A stretch of 64,000 nt of DNA from an uncultured Candidatus Saccharibacteria bacterium (GCA_964633865.1 CAZWIJ010000001.1:2352-66351); one strand, 5' to 3'; numbered from the stretch's first letter, positions 1 through 11,179 are shown. Notes: generated by a model from the sequence alone, not told the origin. Numbers and translations are program-made.

Positions 1-2
1 AA

Positions 3-887
3 AAGAGTATTTTGGATAATATTTACCAAAGAATTTTTGATTAAATCTTGAGTATTATGTTTCCAAATTTGAAATCTGACTTTATTCGCCATGATTACAT
101 TTTTCTCATCCAAAGAAAGATTTTTTGCCAAACCTTCCGTATGTACTGTAGCCGACATATAAGATATTCCTATCTTATTATATTTTGCCAAACTAAGTGC
201 TAATTCAAAGCTTTCGGAAGTCTCTAAGGTTTTATGAGCCTCATCAATAATAATATGATTCCATATAGGATCAAAACTTTTATTATAAGACATAGCCTCA
301 AATACTCCAGTTGTTATGAATTGGATAGGAGCATTATTAAAGATAGAACCATTACCTGTTTTATATCCAAATAGATATGGGGGTAATTGTCCATATAATT
401 TTAACTCTTCTTGTAATGATTCGGTATCTGTAAACTCAGGCTTATAACCAGTTTTTTTCTTTTCATTTACCAAACATTCATGGAGGAATTTATGAAAACT
501 TTCATTTAAATGTAGGGCTTCATCTGTAGCAATTGGAATTGTTGGCACAACTACAAAAACCTTTGGTCCCTTAGAATGGTCGCATTTGAAAAAATTATTT
601 TGACTATATTTTGTAATCAAGTCTTGATTTCTTTCAATTAACCTTAATAAAACCAAAACAGGCAAAGTAACTGTTTTCCCAAGTCCAGTAGATGCAACAA
701 TAAAAAATGGATCTATTGTTATCTGTTCAAAATATGAATAAATAGATAATTTTCCATTTTGAACTAAATAAGCTAAGAAATAATTAATTAGTTTTTGGCT
801 AATAGAAAATTTCTTATTATTTACTTGATATTCAAAAGAAACTTCTGATAAAGAAAAGATTGGTAACTCAAACTTAAATTGTTCCAC
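3..887 (-). CDS. SF2 DEAH-box helicase, N-terminal part (runs off the window's left edge; not in the ORF track)
   Basis: Manual translation from GTG at 887, with SD AAGGTGA 5 nt upstream, gives Walker A ASTGLGKT, motif Ia VVVPT, IIIDEAH and MSAT. Confidence 0.8.
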   Translation of the reverse strand, partial: MEQFKFELPIFSLSEVSFEYQVNNKKFSISQKLINYFLAYLVQNGKLSIYSYFEQITIDPFFIVASTGLGKTVTLPVLVLLRLIERNQDLITKYSQNNFFKCDHSKGPKVFVVVPTIPIATDEALHLNESFHKFLHECLVNEKKKTGYKPEFTDTESLQEELKLYGQLPPYLFGYKTGNGSIFNNAPIQFITTGVFEAMSYNKSFDPIWNHIIIDEAHKTLETSESFELALSLAKYNKIGISYMSATVHTEGLAKNLSLDEKNVIMANKVRFQIWKHNTQDLIKNSLVNIIQNTL

Positions 888-917
888 TTGGCTCACCTTA
901 TATGAAAAGTACCTGAT

Positions 918-946
918 ATTTATATCATTTAATTAACAATTTGTCA
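918..946 (-). promoter_or_regulatory. sigma70-type promoter of the helicase
   Basis: TTGACA-17 nt-TATAAA with extended -10 TG on the minus strand. Confidence 0.55.
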
Positions 947-1062
947 AAAATTAAGGAATATAAATAATTAGTAATAATTGGAAAAATATTTAACTTTAAA
1001 TCTCACAAAAAATCTATATTATGCTATAATTAATATAAATTAAGATTAATTATACTAATTCT

Positions 1063-3558
1063 ATGTATCATCATAAATCTATTGAAAAAAAGTGGCAACA
1101 AAAATGGCAAGATAACTTTGTCTCCTATAAAGCAGATCTAAAGTCAGAAAAAAAGAAAAAATATATTTTGGTAGAATTCCCTTTTCCATCTGGAGCTGGT
1201 CTTCATGTAGGACATACCAAAAGTTATATGGCGCTAGACATTTTAGCTCGTAAATACAGAATGCAAGGGTATGAAGTTATCTATCCTATTGGATTCGATG
1301 CTTTTGGACTTCCTACTGAGAATTATGCAATCCAAAACAATATTCACCCAAAGAAAGCAACAGATGATAATATAAAAAGATTTAAAGAGCAGATTCAGGC
1401 TTTAGGAATTTCTTTTGATTGGGAGAAAGAAATTAGAACAGATGACCCCAATTATTATAAATGGACTCAGTGGATTTTTTTACAAATGTTCAAGAAGGGA
1501 CTTGCCTATCAGGATAATACCAAAGTTTGGTGGTGCGAAGAACTAAAAACAGTGCTTGCGAATGAAGAAGTAATTGATGGTAAATCTGAAAGAGGAGGGT
1601 ATCAGTGCGAAAGATTATCTTTAACACAATGGATGTTAGCTATTACAAAATATGCAGATAGATTATACCAAGATTTAGACGAAGTAGATTATTTAGAGAT
1701 TATCAAAACTCAACAAAGAAATTGGATAGGCAAAAGTACAGGAGCTAGAATTAAATTCAAAATTCAAAATGTAGATGAATATTTGCAAGTCTATACTACT
1801 AGAGCTGATACAATTTTTGGAGTAAGTTTTATGGTGATAGCTCCAGAACATAGTCTAGTAGATAAAATACTTACACCAGAACACAAGCAAGAAGTAGATA
1901 AATATTTAGATTTAGCTAAGAAAAAGTCGGACCTCGAAAGACAACAACAAAAAGAGAAAACAGGAGTTTTTACAGGTAGTTATGTTATACATCCATTTAC
2001 TAAAGAAAGTATACCAATTTGGATAGCTGATTATGTTTTGGCTAGTTATGGAACAGGAGCAATTATGGCAGTACCAGCTCATGATGATAGAGATCAAGAA
2101 TTTGCAGAGAAATATAATCTAGGAATAGTAGAAGTTAATAATGGTGAAAAATTAATTAATTCACAAGAATTTGATGGACTTAGTATCAAAGAAGCTCAAA
2201 ATAAAATAGTGGAGAAATTATCTCATGAAGATTTAGCAAAATTTGAAACACAATTTAAATTAAGAGATTGGGTATTCTCAAGACAAAGATATTGGGGAGA
2301 ACCATTTCCTATTGTCTGGGTACAAGAAGAAGATTATACAAAAATTACTAATCAAGATTTATTGCCACCAGAAGTAATTACTAGAGACAAGAATGGATTA
2401 AAAGAATATGCTGTTACACTAGCAGAATCTGAATTACCAGTAGTATTACCTGATGTAAAATCTTATTTACCACAAGGACTTGGAGAAGGACCTTTGGCTT
2501 TGGCTAAAGATTGGGTGAATATTTGGTATAATCTTGAGACAGGAAAGACATTAAGTATATCAGAAAATCCAGAATCAGATAATTGGGTTAAAGCTACTAG
2601 AGAGACTGACACTATGCCAAATTGGGCAGGAAGCTCTTGGTATTTTTTGAGATATCTTGATCCTAAAAATAATAATATTTTTGCTCGGAAAGAAATTTTG
2701 GATAAATGGTTACCAGTTGATATCTATAACGGAGGAATGGAACATGTAACACTTCATCTTTTATATTCTAGATTTTGGCATAAATTTTTGTATGATATAG
2801 GAGTTGTAACGACCAAAGAACCTTATCAAAAAAGAATTGCCCATGGTATGATTTTAGCAGAAGGGGGAATAAAGATGTCTAAATCAAAAGGGAATACTGT
2901 TGATCCTTTAGAGATGTGTGAGGCTTTCGGAGCAGATGCGATGAGATGCTATATAATGTTTATGGGACCTTATAATGAAGCTATTTCTTGGGATACTAAT
3001 GGGCTTATTGGGTGTAATAGGTTTCTTACAAAATGTTATCATTGGGTAGAAAATTTTGTTAATAAGTCTACTCTTCCATTATCTAAAGATAGACTTGAGT
3101 TAGAAAGAGATCTAAATAATTTGATTAAAAAAATATCAGAGGATATAGAAACTCAAAAATATAATACTTGTATTAGTTCTATGATGGAATTTTTGAATAT
3201 TTACCAAAATCAAGATATAGGAATTAATAATATAAAAACTTTTGTAACTATTCTAGCTCCATTTGCTCCTCATTTATCTGAAGAATTATGGGAAATGTTA
3301 GGAGAAGATAATTCTGTTCATACACAAATTTGGCCAGAATATGATGAATCTAAATTATTATCAAGTACGGAAGATTATCAGATTCATATAAATGGTAAAA
3401 TGAGAGCTATTATTAATGTTGATAAGAATCTTTCTTTAGATGAAATAAAAAGACTTTCACTTAGTTGTGAATCTGTGTTAAAATATATAGAAGGTAAAGA
3501 TATAAAGAAACATATAGTATTGAAAGATAAAAAAATAGTAATTTTAATAGTAAAATAA
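1063..3558 (+). CDS. leuS: Leucyl-tRNA synthetase
   Basis: HVGH, GFDAFGLP, editing-domain GTGAIMAVPAHD, DWVFSRQRYWG, KMSKS. Confidence 0.97.
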   Translation: MYHHKSIEKKWQQKWQDNFVSYKADLKSEKKKKYILVEFPFPSGAGLHVGHTKSYMALDILARKYRMQGYEVIYPIGFDAFGLPTENYAIQNNIHPKKATDDNIKRFKEQIQALGISFDWEKEIRTDDPNYYKWTQWIFLQMFKKGLAYQDNTKVWWCEELKTVLANEEVIDGKSERGGYQCERLSLTQWMLAITKYADRLYQDLDEVDYLEIIKTQQRNWIGKSTGARIKFKIQNVDEYLQVYTTRADTIFGVSFMVIAPEHSLVDKILTPEHKQEVDKYLDLAKKKSDLERQQQKEKTGVFTGSYVIHPFTKESIPIWIADYVLASYGTGAIMAVPAHDDRDQEFAEKYNLGIVEVNNGEKLINSQEFDGLSIKEAQNKIVEKLSHEDLAKFETQFKLRDWVFSRQRYWGEPFPIVWVQEEDYTKITNQDLLPPEVITRDKNGLKEYAVTLAESELPVVLPDVKSYLPQGLGEGPLALAKDWVNIWYNLETGKTLSISENPESDNWVKATRETDTMPNWAGSSWYFLRYLDPKNNNIFARKEILDKWLPVDIYNGGMEHVTLHLLYSRFWHKFLYDIGVVTTKEPYQKRIAHGMILAEGGIKMSKSKGNTVDPLEMCEAFGADAMRCYIMFMGPYNEAISWDTNGLIGCNRFLTKCYHWVENFVNKSTLPLSKDRLELERDLNNLIKKISEDIETQKYNTCISSMMEFLNIYQNQDIGINNIKTFVTILAPFAPHLSEELWEMLGEDNSVHTQIWPEYDESKLLSSTEDYQIHINGKMRAIINVDKNLSLDEIKRLSLSCESVLKYIEGKDIKKHIVLKDKKIVILIVK

Positions 3559-3567
3559 ATTAAATTT

Positions 3568-4173
3568 ATGAAGCAAAATCAATTAATAAGTATAGCAATG
3601 GTAGTTTTGTTTGTATCATTACCAATAATATATTTAGTCTTAAGTGATAATAAAGAACCAGAAGATTCATCAGATAAAAATCCAGGAACTCATATTATGC
3701 CAGATGGAACCGTTATGGATGATATGATGCACTCAATGGATATGGAAGAACAGTTAGACGATAGAGGTTTTATAAATTCTATGATACCTCATCACCAAGA
3801 AGCAGTGAATACTTCGGATATAATTATAACCAAAAGCAATAATCCAGAGCTAATAAAGTTAGCACAAGAGATAAAAGATACTCAGAGTAAAGAGATTGAA
3901 GATATGAAATTATGGTATCAAGAATGGTTTCAAGAAAAATTTGTAATAGGAGGAGAATATATGTCAATGATGAGAGATTTGAGTGCATTTGATGATATTA
4001 CAGAGTTAGAACAAGTTTATATAGAAGATATGATTATTCATCATCAAGGAGCAATTAGTATGGCGAATAATATTTTAGAATCAACAGAAAAGCAAGAATT
4101 AATAGATTTTGCGAATTCAATCTTAGAAGTGCAGACTAAAGAAGTAGATATTTTAGAGAGTTTGAAAAAATAA
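3568..4173 (+). CDS. DUF305 (CopM-like, ferritin-like) membrane-anchored protein
   Basis: Two MIxHHQxA repeats, His/Met-rich segment THIMPDGTVMDDMMHSM, N-terminal TM helix. Confidence 0.85.
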   Translation: MKQNQLISIAMVVLFVSLPIIYLVLSDNKEPEDSSDKNPGTHIMPDGTVMDDMMHSMDMEEQLDDRGFINSMIPHHQEAVNTSDIIITKSNNPELIKLAQEIKDTQSKEIEDMKLWYQEWFQEKFVIGGEYMSMMRDLSAFDDITELEQVYIEDMIIHHQGAISMANNILESTEKQELIDFANSILEVQTKEVDILESLKK

Positions 4174-4186
4174 ATAACTAAAGCAT

Positions 4187-4747
4187 ATGTTAAAAAGTTT
4201 ATACAAAGATAGATTAAATAGAAAAGAGTATTGGTGGAGGGTAATTAAAATTTGGAGTTACTTCATTCCTTTTATTATAATTTTAATTGTACTACAAAAG
4301 AAAGGAGTAGATGATTATTCAGGGAGTGTGATGACAGTATTAATTGGAGTTCCTTATTTTTTAATTTGGTATGTAATCTATAATATTCATATTATAAAAT
4401 GGTCATATGCTAGAATAAGAGATAGTGGAATAAATAGTGGTTGGATATCAATTTTGTATATTATTAGCCTTACTTTAATAACACCATATTCAGTAATTAT
4501 AGTCCCATTTTTAATACTTATCCAAATAATCATATTTTCAAAACCAAGCATAGCGACAGAAAAAGAATCTATAGATCAAGTGCCTACAGATAATCCTAAT
4601 TCAGAAAAAGAATTACCAAAATCAGAAATAGAAATTTGGTTTGAGAAAAAATTATCACAAGGTTATGATAAAACAGAATTATTACAAGAAGTGAAGAAAC
4701 AAGGATACCCAGAAGACTTTGTACAGAGATTAGGAAAGAAGTATTAA
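4187..4747 (+). CDS. DUF805 family membrane protein with a C-terminal small helical domain
   Basis: RLNRKEYW and RIRDSGINSGW motifs, TM segments. Confidence 0.7.
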   Translation: MLKSLYKDRLNRKEYWWRVIKIWSYFIPFIIILIVLQKKGVDDYSGSVMTVLIGVPYFLIWYVIYNIHIIKWSYARIRDSGINSGWISILYIISLTLITPYSVIIVPFLILIQIIIFSKPSIATEKESIDQVPTDNPNSEKELPKSEIEIWFEKKLSQGYDKTELLQEVKKQGYPEDFVQRLGKKY

Positions 4748-4760
4748 TAATAAAAATTAT

Positions 4761-6860
4761 ATGAATTTAGATTTAATTTTTTATCCAAAATCAATAGCTT
4801 TAATTGGATCATCTAGCAAACCTCAGTCTGTTGGGAATGATATCTTAAAAAATCTTTTATATCAAGGCTATCAAGGAAAAATTTATCCAATAAACCCTTC
4901 TTCCCAAGAAATTTTAGGTGAAAAATGTTATGCATCTATTTTAGAAGTAGAGTCAGAAGTAGAACTAGCTATTATTGCTGTTCCTTCAAAATTGGTTCTA
5001 AAAGTATTAAAAGAATTAGGATACAAAGGTGTAAAAGCAGTTATTATAATCTCATCAGGATTTAAGGAAACAGGAAATAGTTCTTTGGAAGATGAAGTTA
5101 TTGCTTTATGTCGTGAATATAATATAACTTTAATTGGACCGAATTGTCTTGGGGTAATCTCTCCTGAAATAAATATGAATGCATCTTTTGCTTCAATTAT
5201 GCCAGAATTTGGAAATATTGCTTTTTTATCACAAAGTGGGGCTATCTGTACTGCAATTTTGGATTATGCACCAAGTTTAGGAATTGGATTTTCTAAATTT
5301 GTAAGTTTGGGAAATAAAGCTTTGGTTGATGAGGCAGAATTATTAGAATATCTTTATAATGATAAGAATACCAAAGTAATAGCTCTTTACTTGGAAGAAT
5401 TATCCAATGTGAAAAATTTCTTAAAAGTAGCACAAAAAATCACAAGTTCAATAAATCCAAAGCCAATTATAGTTCTAAAATCAGGAAAAACAAAAGAAGG
5501 AGCATCAGCATCAGCTTCTCATACAGGATCTTTAGCAGGAAGTGATCAAGGTTATCAAGCTTTATTTGATCAAGCTGGTATTGTTAGAGCTAATACTATA
5601 TCTGAATTTTTCAATTATTTAAGTATTTTTTCAAAAATGAAATTACCAAAAGGAGATAGAGTATGTATTATTACTAATGCAGGAGGTCCTGGTGTTTTGA
5701 CAGCTGATTCTATAATAGAAAATGGCTTAAACTTATCTATTTTATCAGATGATACAATAGATAAATTAAAACAAGATTTAGCTATAAATTCTAATTTATC
5801 AAATCCAATTGATATCTTGGGAGATGCGAGATCAGACAGATATAAGAAGGCTTTAGAAATAGTTGTAGAAGATGAAGGAGTTGATAATATTGTAGTTTTG
5901 ATGACACCACAGTCAATGACAGAACCAGTTGAGACATCACAAGCTATAGTTTATATATCCAATAATACAGACAAGTCAATAATAGCAGTCTATATGGGGC
6001 AAGACCAGTTGTCAAAAGGTATAGATATTTTAAAAGATAATAATATCCCATATACAAATTTCCCAGAAGAAGCAATATTATCATTATCTAAATTGATATC
6101 AACCAAAATAAATCATACTGAACACGAACTAGAAGTTAAAGATTTTGTAATAGCTGAAAAGTCAGAAATCCAATCAATTTTAAATGGTTACCAAAAAGAA
6201 AATCATTTACAAATACCAGAATTTGAAGCAGTACCCATATTAAAAAAATATGGATTTGACACATTAGATTATAAAATTGCTACTAATGAGGATGAAGCCT
6301 TTATAATAACAAAACAAATAGGAAAGACTGTTGTAATGAAAGTAGTTTCAGAAGATATCTTACACAAGACTGATTTTGGAGGAGTTATCTTGAATGTGAC
6401 AGAATATAATGCTAAAGAATCTTATAATAAAATTTTAGATAATATTAAAAATAATGCTCCAAATGCAAGAATTCAAGGAGTCTTAATAGTTGAAATGCTT
6501 GATTTAGAAGAAGGATCGGAATTTATAGTAGGTTGTTCTACCGATCCAAATTTAGGACATCTTTTGATGGTAGGATATGGAGGAGTATTTGTAGAAGTAT
6601 TTAAGGATATAGCTTTCGGAGTCCCACCACTTAGATTAGTAGATATCAATAATATGATTAATTCTCTAAAATCAAAAGCAATTTTGGATGGAATCAGAGG
6701 ACAATTGCCTTTGAATAAGGAATTACTAATAGAGACTTTGGCTCGGTTATCACAATTATTGATAGACTTTCCAATGATAGAGGAATTAGATATTAATCCA
6801 TTATTTGTAACATCAAATGAAGTCAAAGTATTAGATGCTAGAATTTTGCTTAGAAAGTAA
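4761..6860 (+). CDS. ADP-forming acetate-CoA ligase (fused alpha/beta)
   Basis: CoA-binding N-terminus, IGPNCLG, SQSG, SHTG phospho-His, TNAGG, NPIDILG, ATP-grasp HKTD and ELDINPL; no GNAT tail. Confidence 0.9.
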   Translation: MNLDLIFYPKSIALIGSSSKPQSVGNDILKNLLYQGYQGKIYPINPSSQEILGEKCYASILEVESEVELAIIAVPSKLVLKVLKELGYKGVKAVIIISSGFKETGNSSLEDEVIALCREYNITLIGPNCLGVISPEINMNASFASIMPEFGNIAFLSQSGAICTAILDYAPSLGIGFSKFVSLGNKALVDEAELLEYLYNDKNTKVIALYLEELSNVKNFLKVAQKITSSINPKPIIVLKSGKTKEGASASASHTGSLAGSDQGYQALFDQAGIVRANTISEFFNYLSIFSKMKLPKGDRVCIITNAGGPGVLTADSIIENGLNLSILSDDTIDKLKQDLAINSNLSNPIDILGDARSDRYKKALEIVVEDEGVDNIVVLMTPQSMTEPVETSQAIVYISNNTDKSIIAVYMGQDQLSKGIDILKDNNIPYTNFPEEAILSLSKLISTKINHTEHELEVKDFVIAEKSEIQSILNGYQKENHLQIPEFEAVPILKKYGFDTLDYKIATNEDEAFIITKQIGKTVVMKVVSEDILHKTDFGGVILNVTEYNAKESYNKILDNIKNNAPNARIQGVLIVEMLDLEEGSEFIVGCSTDPNLGHLLMVGYGGVFVEVFKDIAFGVPPLRLVDINNMINSLKSKAILDGIRGQLPLNKELLIETLARLSQLLIDFPMIEELDINPLFVTSNEVKVLDARILLRK

Positions 6861-6983
6861 AGAAATAATGAAATATGTTGAATTACTAAAAATTATAAAC
6901 AAATCATTGACAGATAAATAATAAAAGATGTATAATTGATACATACTTGAAAAAGTAATATTAACAATTAATAATTTAAAAAT

Positions 6984-7490
6984 ATGTTCGATGAATTTAG
7001 TCCTAAATATGAGTCTTCTTTTAGAGTGGTATTTGTTATATGGGTATTGTTTTGGGCAGTTGTAAATATATTTCAAATACTAAGAAATTATGCCGATTAT
7101 GCTAGTACGAGTAGCTTTATAGGTAGTGATTATGTGAATCTTGGTCATTGGTGGTTTAGTACATTTGGTATGATAATAGGATTTGCAATTGGGATATTTC
7201 TTTTATTTTGGACTGTATCTGTACCATCTAGAATAGAGAAAAATAAAAAAATTGGGAGTATAGGTATTTTGATGAGTGCTACAGTAGTATATTATTTTTT
7301 TACTACCATAATTGATCTAATGGGATCAGCTTTATTTAATCCAGAAAACTTTATTAATGATTTTGCTTTTGGTACATTATGGCTATTACCTAGTATAATT
7401 ATTTTGGTTTTTCATATGTTTTATTATATTAATTTACAAAAACATAATAAAGAAGTAGAAAGTAATCCTCTTGGGGTACCTAAATTATAA
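6984..7490 (+). CDS. Hypothetical 4-TM membrane protein
   Basis: Four hydrophobic helices; own TTGACA-18-TATAAT promoter at about 6908-6937. Confidence 0.7.
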   Translation: MFDEFSPKYESSFRVVFVIWVLFWAVVNIFQILRNYADYASTSSFIGSDYVNLGHWWFSTFGMIIGFAIGIFLLFWTVSVPSRIEKNKKIGSIGILMSATVVYYFFTTIIDLMGSALFNPENFINDFAFGTLWLLPSIIILVFHMFYYINLQKHNKEVESNPLGVPKL

Positions 7491-7514
7491 ATATTAATAT
7501 ATAAAAATATTTAT

Positions 7515-8315
7515 ATGAAATTATCATTTTTAAAAAATAAAAGCTTTTGGGTAAAATTAGTAATAAATTTATTATTAGTTTGGTTATTATTATCACTTTA
7601 TCTAACAAGTCAATCAACTACATTGATTTTTAATAATACAATAAGTTGGGCTCCAATTCCTAACTTCGGATATGAGTTAGATTTTATAAGAAATAAAGAA
7701 AATCAAGCTATTAGTATTTGGACATTTCCTAATGATGATACTGATGAAGTCATCTTATATCTTCATGGTAATGCAGGTAAAATCAATGTTTTTTTCGAAG
7801 GTTTACAAAAATATGGAACTGTAGTAGCACCAGCCTACCCAGGATATCATGAATCCGAGGGTAAACCAACTCCTGAAAATGTTTATGAGACAGCTTTATT
7901 AACATTTGATTATTTAGTTAATGAAAAAGGAATATCTCCAAACAAAATTACAATAATGGGACATTCACTTGGAGGTTCTCCTGCTGTATATTTGGCTAGT
8001 GAAAGATCATCAGCTAAGCAATTATTGATTGTAAATACATTTAGTAGTGTTCAAAGTATGTGTTGGAATCAATATAGTATCCTTTGTGGATTCACTGGGA
8101 ATATCTTAAATACAGCTAAATATGCAGAGAAAGTAAATATTCCTGTAAAACAATTTATTTATGAAGGTGACTTAACTGTATCACCAGAAGAAGGTAAAAA
8201 GCTTTATGAATATTTTCCAGAAGGTAAAAAAGAAAAATTTATTCTTGATAAAAATTCAGAGAATACTCATGCTTATCCTGACATAGATTATATATTTAAA
8301 AAAATAGGATTTTAG
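7515..8315 (+). CDS. Alpha/beta hydrolase (ABHD-like), membrane-anchored
   Basis: YLHGNAG, YPGY, GHSLGG nucleophile elbow, C-terminal His. Confidence 0.88.
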   Translation: MKLSFLKNKSFWVKLVINLLLVWLLLSLYLTSQSTTLIFNNTISWAPIPNFGYELDFIRNKENQAISIWTFPNDDTDEVILYLHGNAGKINVFFEGLQKYGTVVAPAYPGYHESEGKPTPENVYETALLTFDYLVNEKGISPNKITIMGHSLGGSPAVYLASERSSAKQLLIVNTFSSVQSMCWNQYSILCGFTGNILNTAKYAEKVNIPVKQFIYEGDLTVSPEEGKKLYEYFPEGKKEKFILDKNSENTHAYPDIDYIFKKIGF

Positions 8316-8390
8316 TTAGAAATAATTGTATAAATCTAACAAGTATGATATAAATAATATATATTTATTAAGTTAGTTAAAGATAATATT

Positions 8391-8984
8391 ATGATAAAAG
8401 AAAGAAGTTTAGTAATAATTAAGCCAGATGGAGTTCAAAGAAGTTTAGTTGGAGATATTATCTCTAGAATAGAGAGAACAGGACTTAAAATCATTGCTAT
8501 GAAAATGATTATGGCTAAAGAAGCTCCACTTTGGAAACATTATAATAAAGATGATGCTTGGTTTTTAGAAAAAGGTAATATTGTTATCAAAAATAGAACA
8601 GAACAAGGTATGTCAGTTGATAAAGAAGCTATTGAGTATGGAAAAGATATTTTGAGGGCTAATATAGATTTTATGACAGCAGGTCCAGTTGTTGCTATGG
8701 TTATTCAAGGTAATCAAGCTGTTGGTATAGTAAAAAAATTGGTTGGAGGAACAGAACCACTAACATCAGATGTAGGTACAATTAGAGGAGATTTGACAAT
8801 TGATACTTATGAGCTTGCTAATGCATCTGGAAGAGCTGTAAGAAATCTTGTTCATTGCTCTGATAAAGTATCCGAAGCCGAAAGAGAAATCCCACTTTGG
8901 TTTGAAGAATCTGAGTTGATTAGATATAGATTAGCAAATGAAAGAATACTTTATGATGTTAATTTAGATGGTATTTTAGAGTAA
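8391..8984 (+). CDS. ndk: Nucleoside diphosphate kinase
   Basis: IKPDGVQR, GTIRGD, NLVHCSD. Confidence 0.95.
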   Translation: MIKERSLVIIKPDGVQRSLVGDIISRIERTGLKIIAMKMIMAKEAPLWKHYNKDDAWFLEKGNIVIKNRTEQGMSVDKEAIEYGKDILRANIDFMTAGPVVAMVIQGNQAVGIVKKLVGGTEPLTSDVGTIRGDLTIDTYELANASGRAVRNLVHCSDKVSEAEREIPLWFEESELIRYRLANERILYDVNLDGILE

Positions 8985-9003
8985 ATTCAGCCTTATCATA
9001 AAA

Positions 9004-9040
9004 AAAGATAAATCTATAAAAAGTAGATTTATTTTTTATT
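9004..9040 (+). terminator. Intrinsic terminator after ndk
   Basis: ATAAATCTA/TAGATTTAT stem followed by a T-tract. Confidence 0.55.
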
Positions 9041-9079
9041 TATATGTTATAATTAATATAAATATAAATTTATAATTCT

Positions 9080-10372
9080 ATGATAGAAATAATTTTAGGT
9101 ATAACTGTAATACAAATAATTTTTATAATTTTAATATATGCAAAATTTTCTTCAAATGACGATAGTAAAGAGATTAACAATATCTTTAATTTACAACAAA
9201 AATCAGAAAAAATAATTAGAGATGATTTGAAATATTTACAAACTGAATTTAATGTACAATTTAAAGATATAAGAAAAGAGTTGTCATCTAATATGAATCA
9301 ATTAGGAGAGAGTTTGTTAAAAAGAATTCATGAATCTTCTATAATGCAAAAAAATCAATTAGACATTTTTTCAAAACAATTATCTGAATTGAATCAACAA
9401 ACTGAACTTAAATTAGAACAAATTAGATCTACGGTAGAACAAAGAATTACAGAATTACAGAAAGATAATAATCAAAAATTAGAAAAAATGAGAGAAACCG
9501 TTGATGAAAAACTACAATCTACATTAGAAAAAAGGTTATCAGAATCATTTAAAACAGTAAGTGAAAGGTTAGAACAAGTTCATAAAGGTCTTGGTGAAAT
9601 GCAAAATCTTGCTCTTGGTGTAGGTGATTTGAAAAAGGTTTTGATTAATGTTAAGACTAGAGGTACATGGGGAGAAATTCAATTAGCTAATTTATTAGAA
9701 CAATTTTTAACTAAAGATCAATTTGAAGTGAATGTAATTACAAAAAAAGAAACTAATAATAGAGTTGAGTTTGCTATAAAGTTACCAGGTAGAGATCTAG
9801 AAATAGAACATATATTACTTCCAATTGATTCAAAATTTCCAATTGAAGATTATCAAAGATTATTAGAAGCAGAGGATTTAATGGATAAAACATTAATTGA
9901 TTTAAGTAAAAAAGCATTAGAAAAGAGATTTAAAGAACAAGCTAAGACTATATCAGAACTATATCTAAATACTCCTTATACAACAGATTTTGCAATAATG
10001 TTTTTGCCTGTAGAGGGTTTGTATGCTGAAGCCTTAAGAATTCCTGGTTTGGTAGAGTTAATTCAGCAACAATATAGAATTATTATTACAGGTCCAAATA
10101 CTGTATCTGCTATATTGATGAGTTTACAAATGGGATTTAGAACTCTTGCTATTGAAAAGAAATCAAGTAATATATGGAAAATATTAGCTGAAGTAAAAAA
10201 TGAATTTGGTAAATTTGGTGATATATTAGAAAAAACCCAAAAAAAATTACAAGAAGCTTCTAATCAGATTGATCAAGGAGCAACTAGAGCAAGGTCTATA
10301 GAAAGAAAGTTAAAAAATGTAAGTACTGATAATCTTGTAGAGTCTCAATCTGAAATTAAATTTTTAGAGTAA
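9080..10372 (+). CDS. rmuC: DNA recombination protein RmuC
   Basis: Coiled coil, KTRGTWGEIQL, IDSKFP, TTDFAIMFLP. Confidence 0.93.
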   Translation: MIEIILGITVIQIIFIILIYAKFSSNDDSKEINNIFNLQQKSEKIIRDDLKYLQTEFNVQFKDIRKELSSNMNQLGESLLKRIHESSIMQKNQLDIFSKQLSELNQQTELKLEQIRSTVEQRITELQKDNNQKLEKMRETVDEKLQSTLEKRLSESFKTVSERLEQVHKGLGEMQNLALGVGDLKKVLINVKTRGTWGEIQLANLLEQFLTKDQFEVNVITKKETNNRVEFAIKLPGRDLEIEHILLPIDSKFPIEDYQRLLEAEDLMDKTLIDLSKKALEKRFKEQAKTISELYLNTPYTTDFAIMFLPVEGLYAEALRIPGLVELIQQQYRIIITGPNTVSAILMSLQMGFRTLAIEKKSSNIWKILAEVKNEFGKFGDILEKTQKKLQEASNQIDQGATRARSIERKLKNVSTDNLVESQSEIKFLE

Positions 10373-10402
10373 TTGAAATGATATTTATATAATCTAAAAC
10401 AT

Positions 10403-11179
10403 ATGTCTACTAGTAAAAGAATAATAAAACAAATTGTAATAGCATCAATATATATAATTATATTTTTAGTTGTAGTTATATCAATATGGTTCTCTATATT
10501 TCCTCCACAACCAAAGGTAGAAGAAGTAAAACCAATTGAAATTTTACCACTTAAAATCTTGGAATTTAAATCTCTTGAAGTAGGAAATGGGAGAACTGAT
10601 CTAATAGCATTTATCGAAAATCCAAATATTAGTTTAGGTTTAGAAACATTTCAATATAGATTTATTTTGGAATCAGAGCAAGGTGCTGAAGAAAAATTTA
10701 TTAGTGGTAATAGTTTTATTGCTCCAGGAGAAGATAATAGAGCTATTGTTAGTATCAATAATGATATAAGAGGTTATAGACTAAAAGATTTTCAAGTATT
10801 TCCTAAAAGAGAACAATGGCAAAATTTAGAAAATTATGTTGAACCAAATATTTTAATTAGGGAAGTATCAGGAGTTGTTTCAGATTCTTTATCTAAACCA
10901 TTTTTACTAAGAGGAGTTCTTCGTAATGCAAGTGAATATCAAATAAGGGAAATAGAGTTAATTGCAATTCTAACTAATGATAGAGATGAAATAATTGCTA
11001 TTAATAAAACTATGGTTAATAATGTATCTAAGGAATCAACCAGAGAATTTAGTATGTTATGGGATAATAATATTATTTATTCAAATGAAACAATTCTTCC
11101 ATATACAAATGTTCTGCAAAAGAACTTGTTTAATGATGATATTTTAAAAAATCCAGAAATAGAATTACCTATAAAATAA
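10403..11179 (+). CDS. Hypothetical membrane-anchored beta-rich protein
   Basis: N-terminal TM helix followed by two Ig-like-looking beta-strand repeats. Confidence 0.65.
   Translation: MSTSKRIIKQIVIASIYIIIFLVVVISIWFSIFPPQPKVEEVKPIEILPLKILEFKSLEVGNGRTDLIAFIENPNISLGLETFQYRFILESEQGAEEKFISGNSFIAPGEDNRAIVSINNDIRGYRLKDFQVFPKREQWQNLENYVEPNILIREVSGVVSDSLSKPFLLRGVLRNASEYQIREIELIAILTNDRDEIIAINKTMVNNVSKESTREFSMLWDNNIIYSNETILPYTNVLQKNLFNDDILKNPEIELPIK

Noticed and set aside
4761-6860. Protein lysine acetyltransferase Pat/YfiQ
   Set aside because: There is no GNAT domain and the catalytic His (SHTG) is retained, which fits a true acyl-CoA synthetase.
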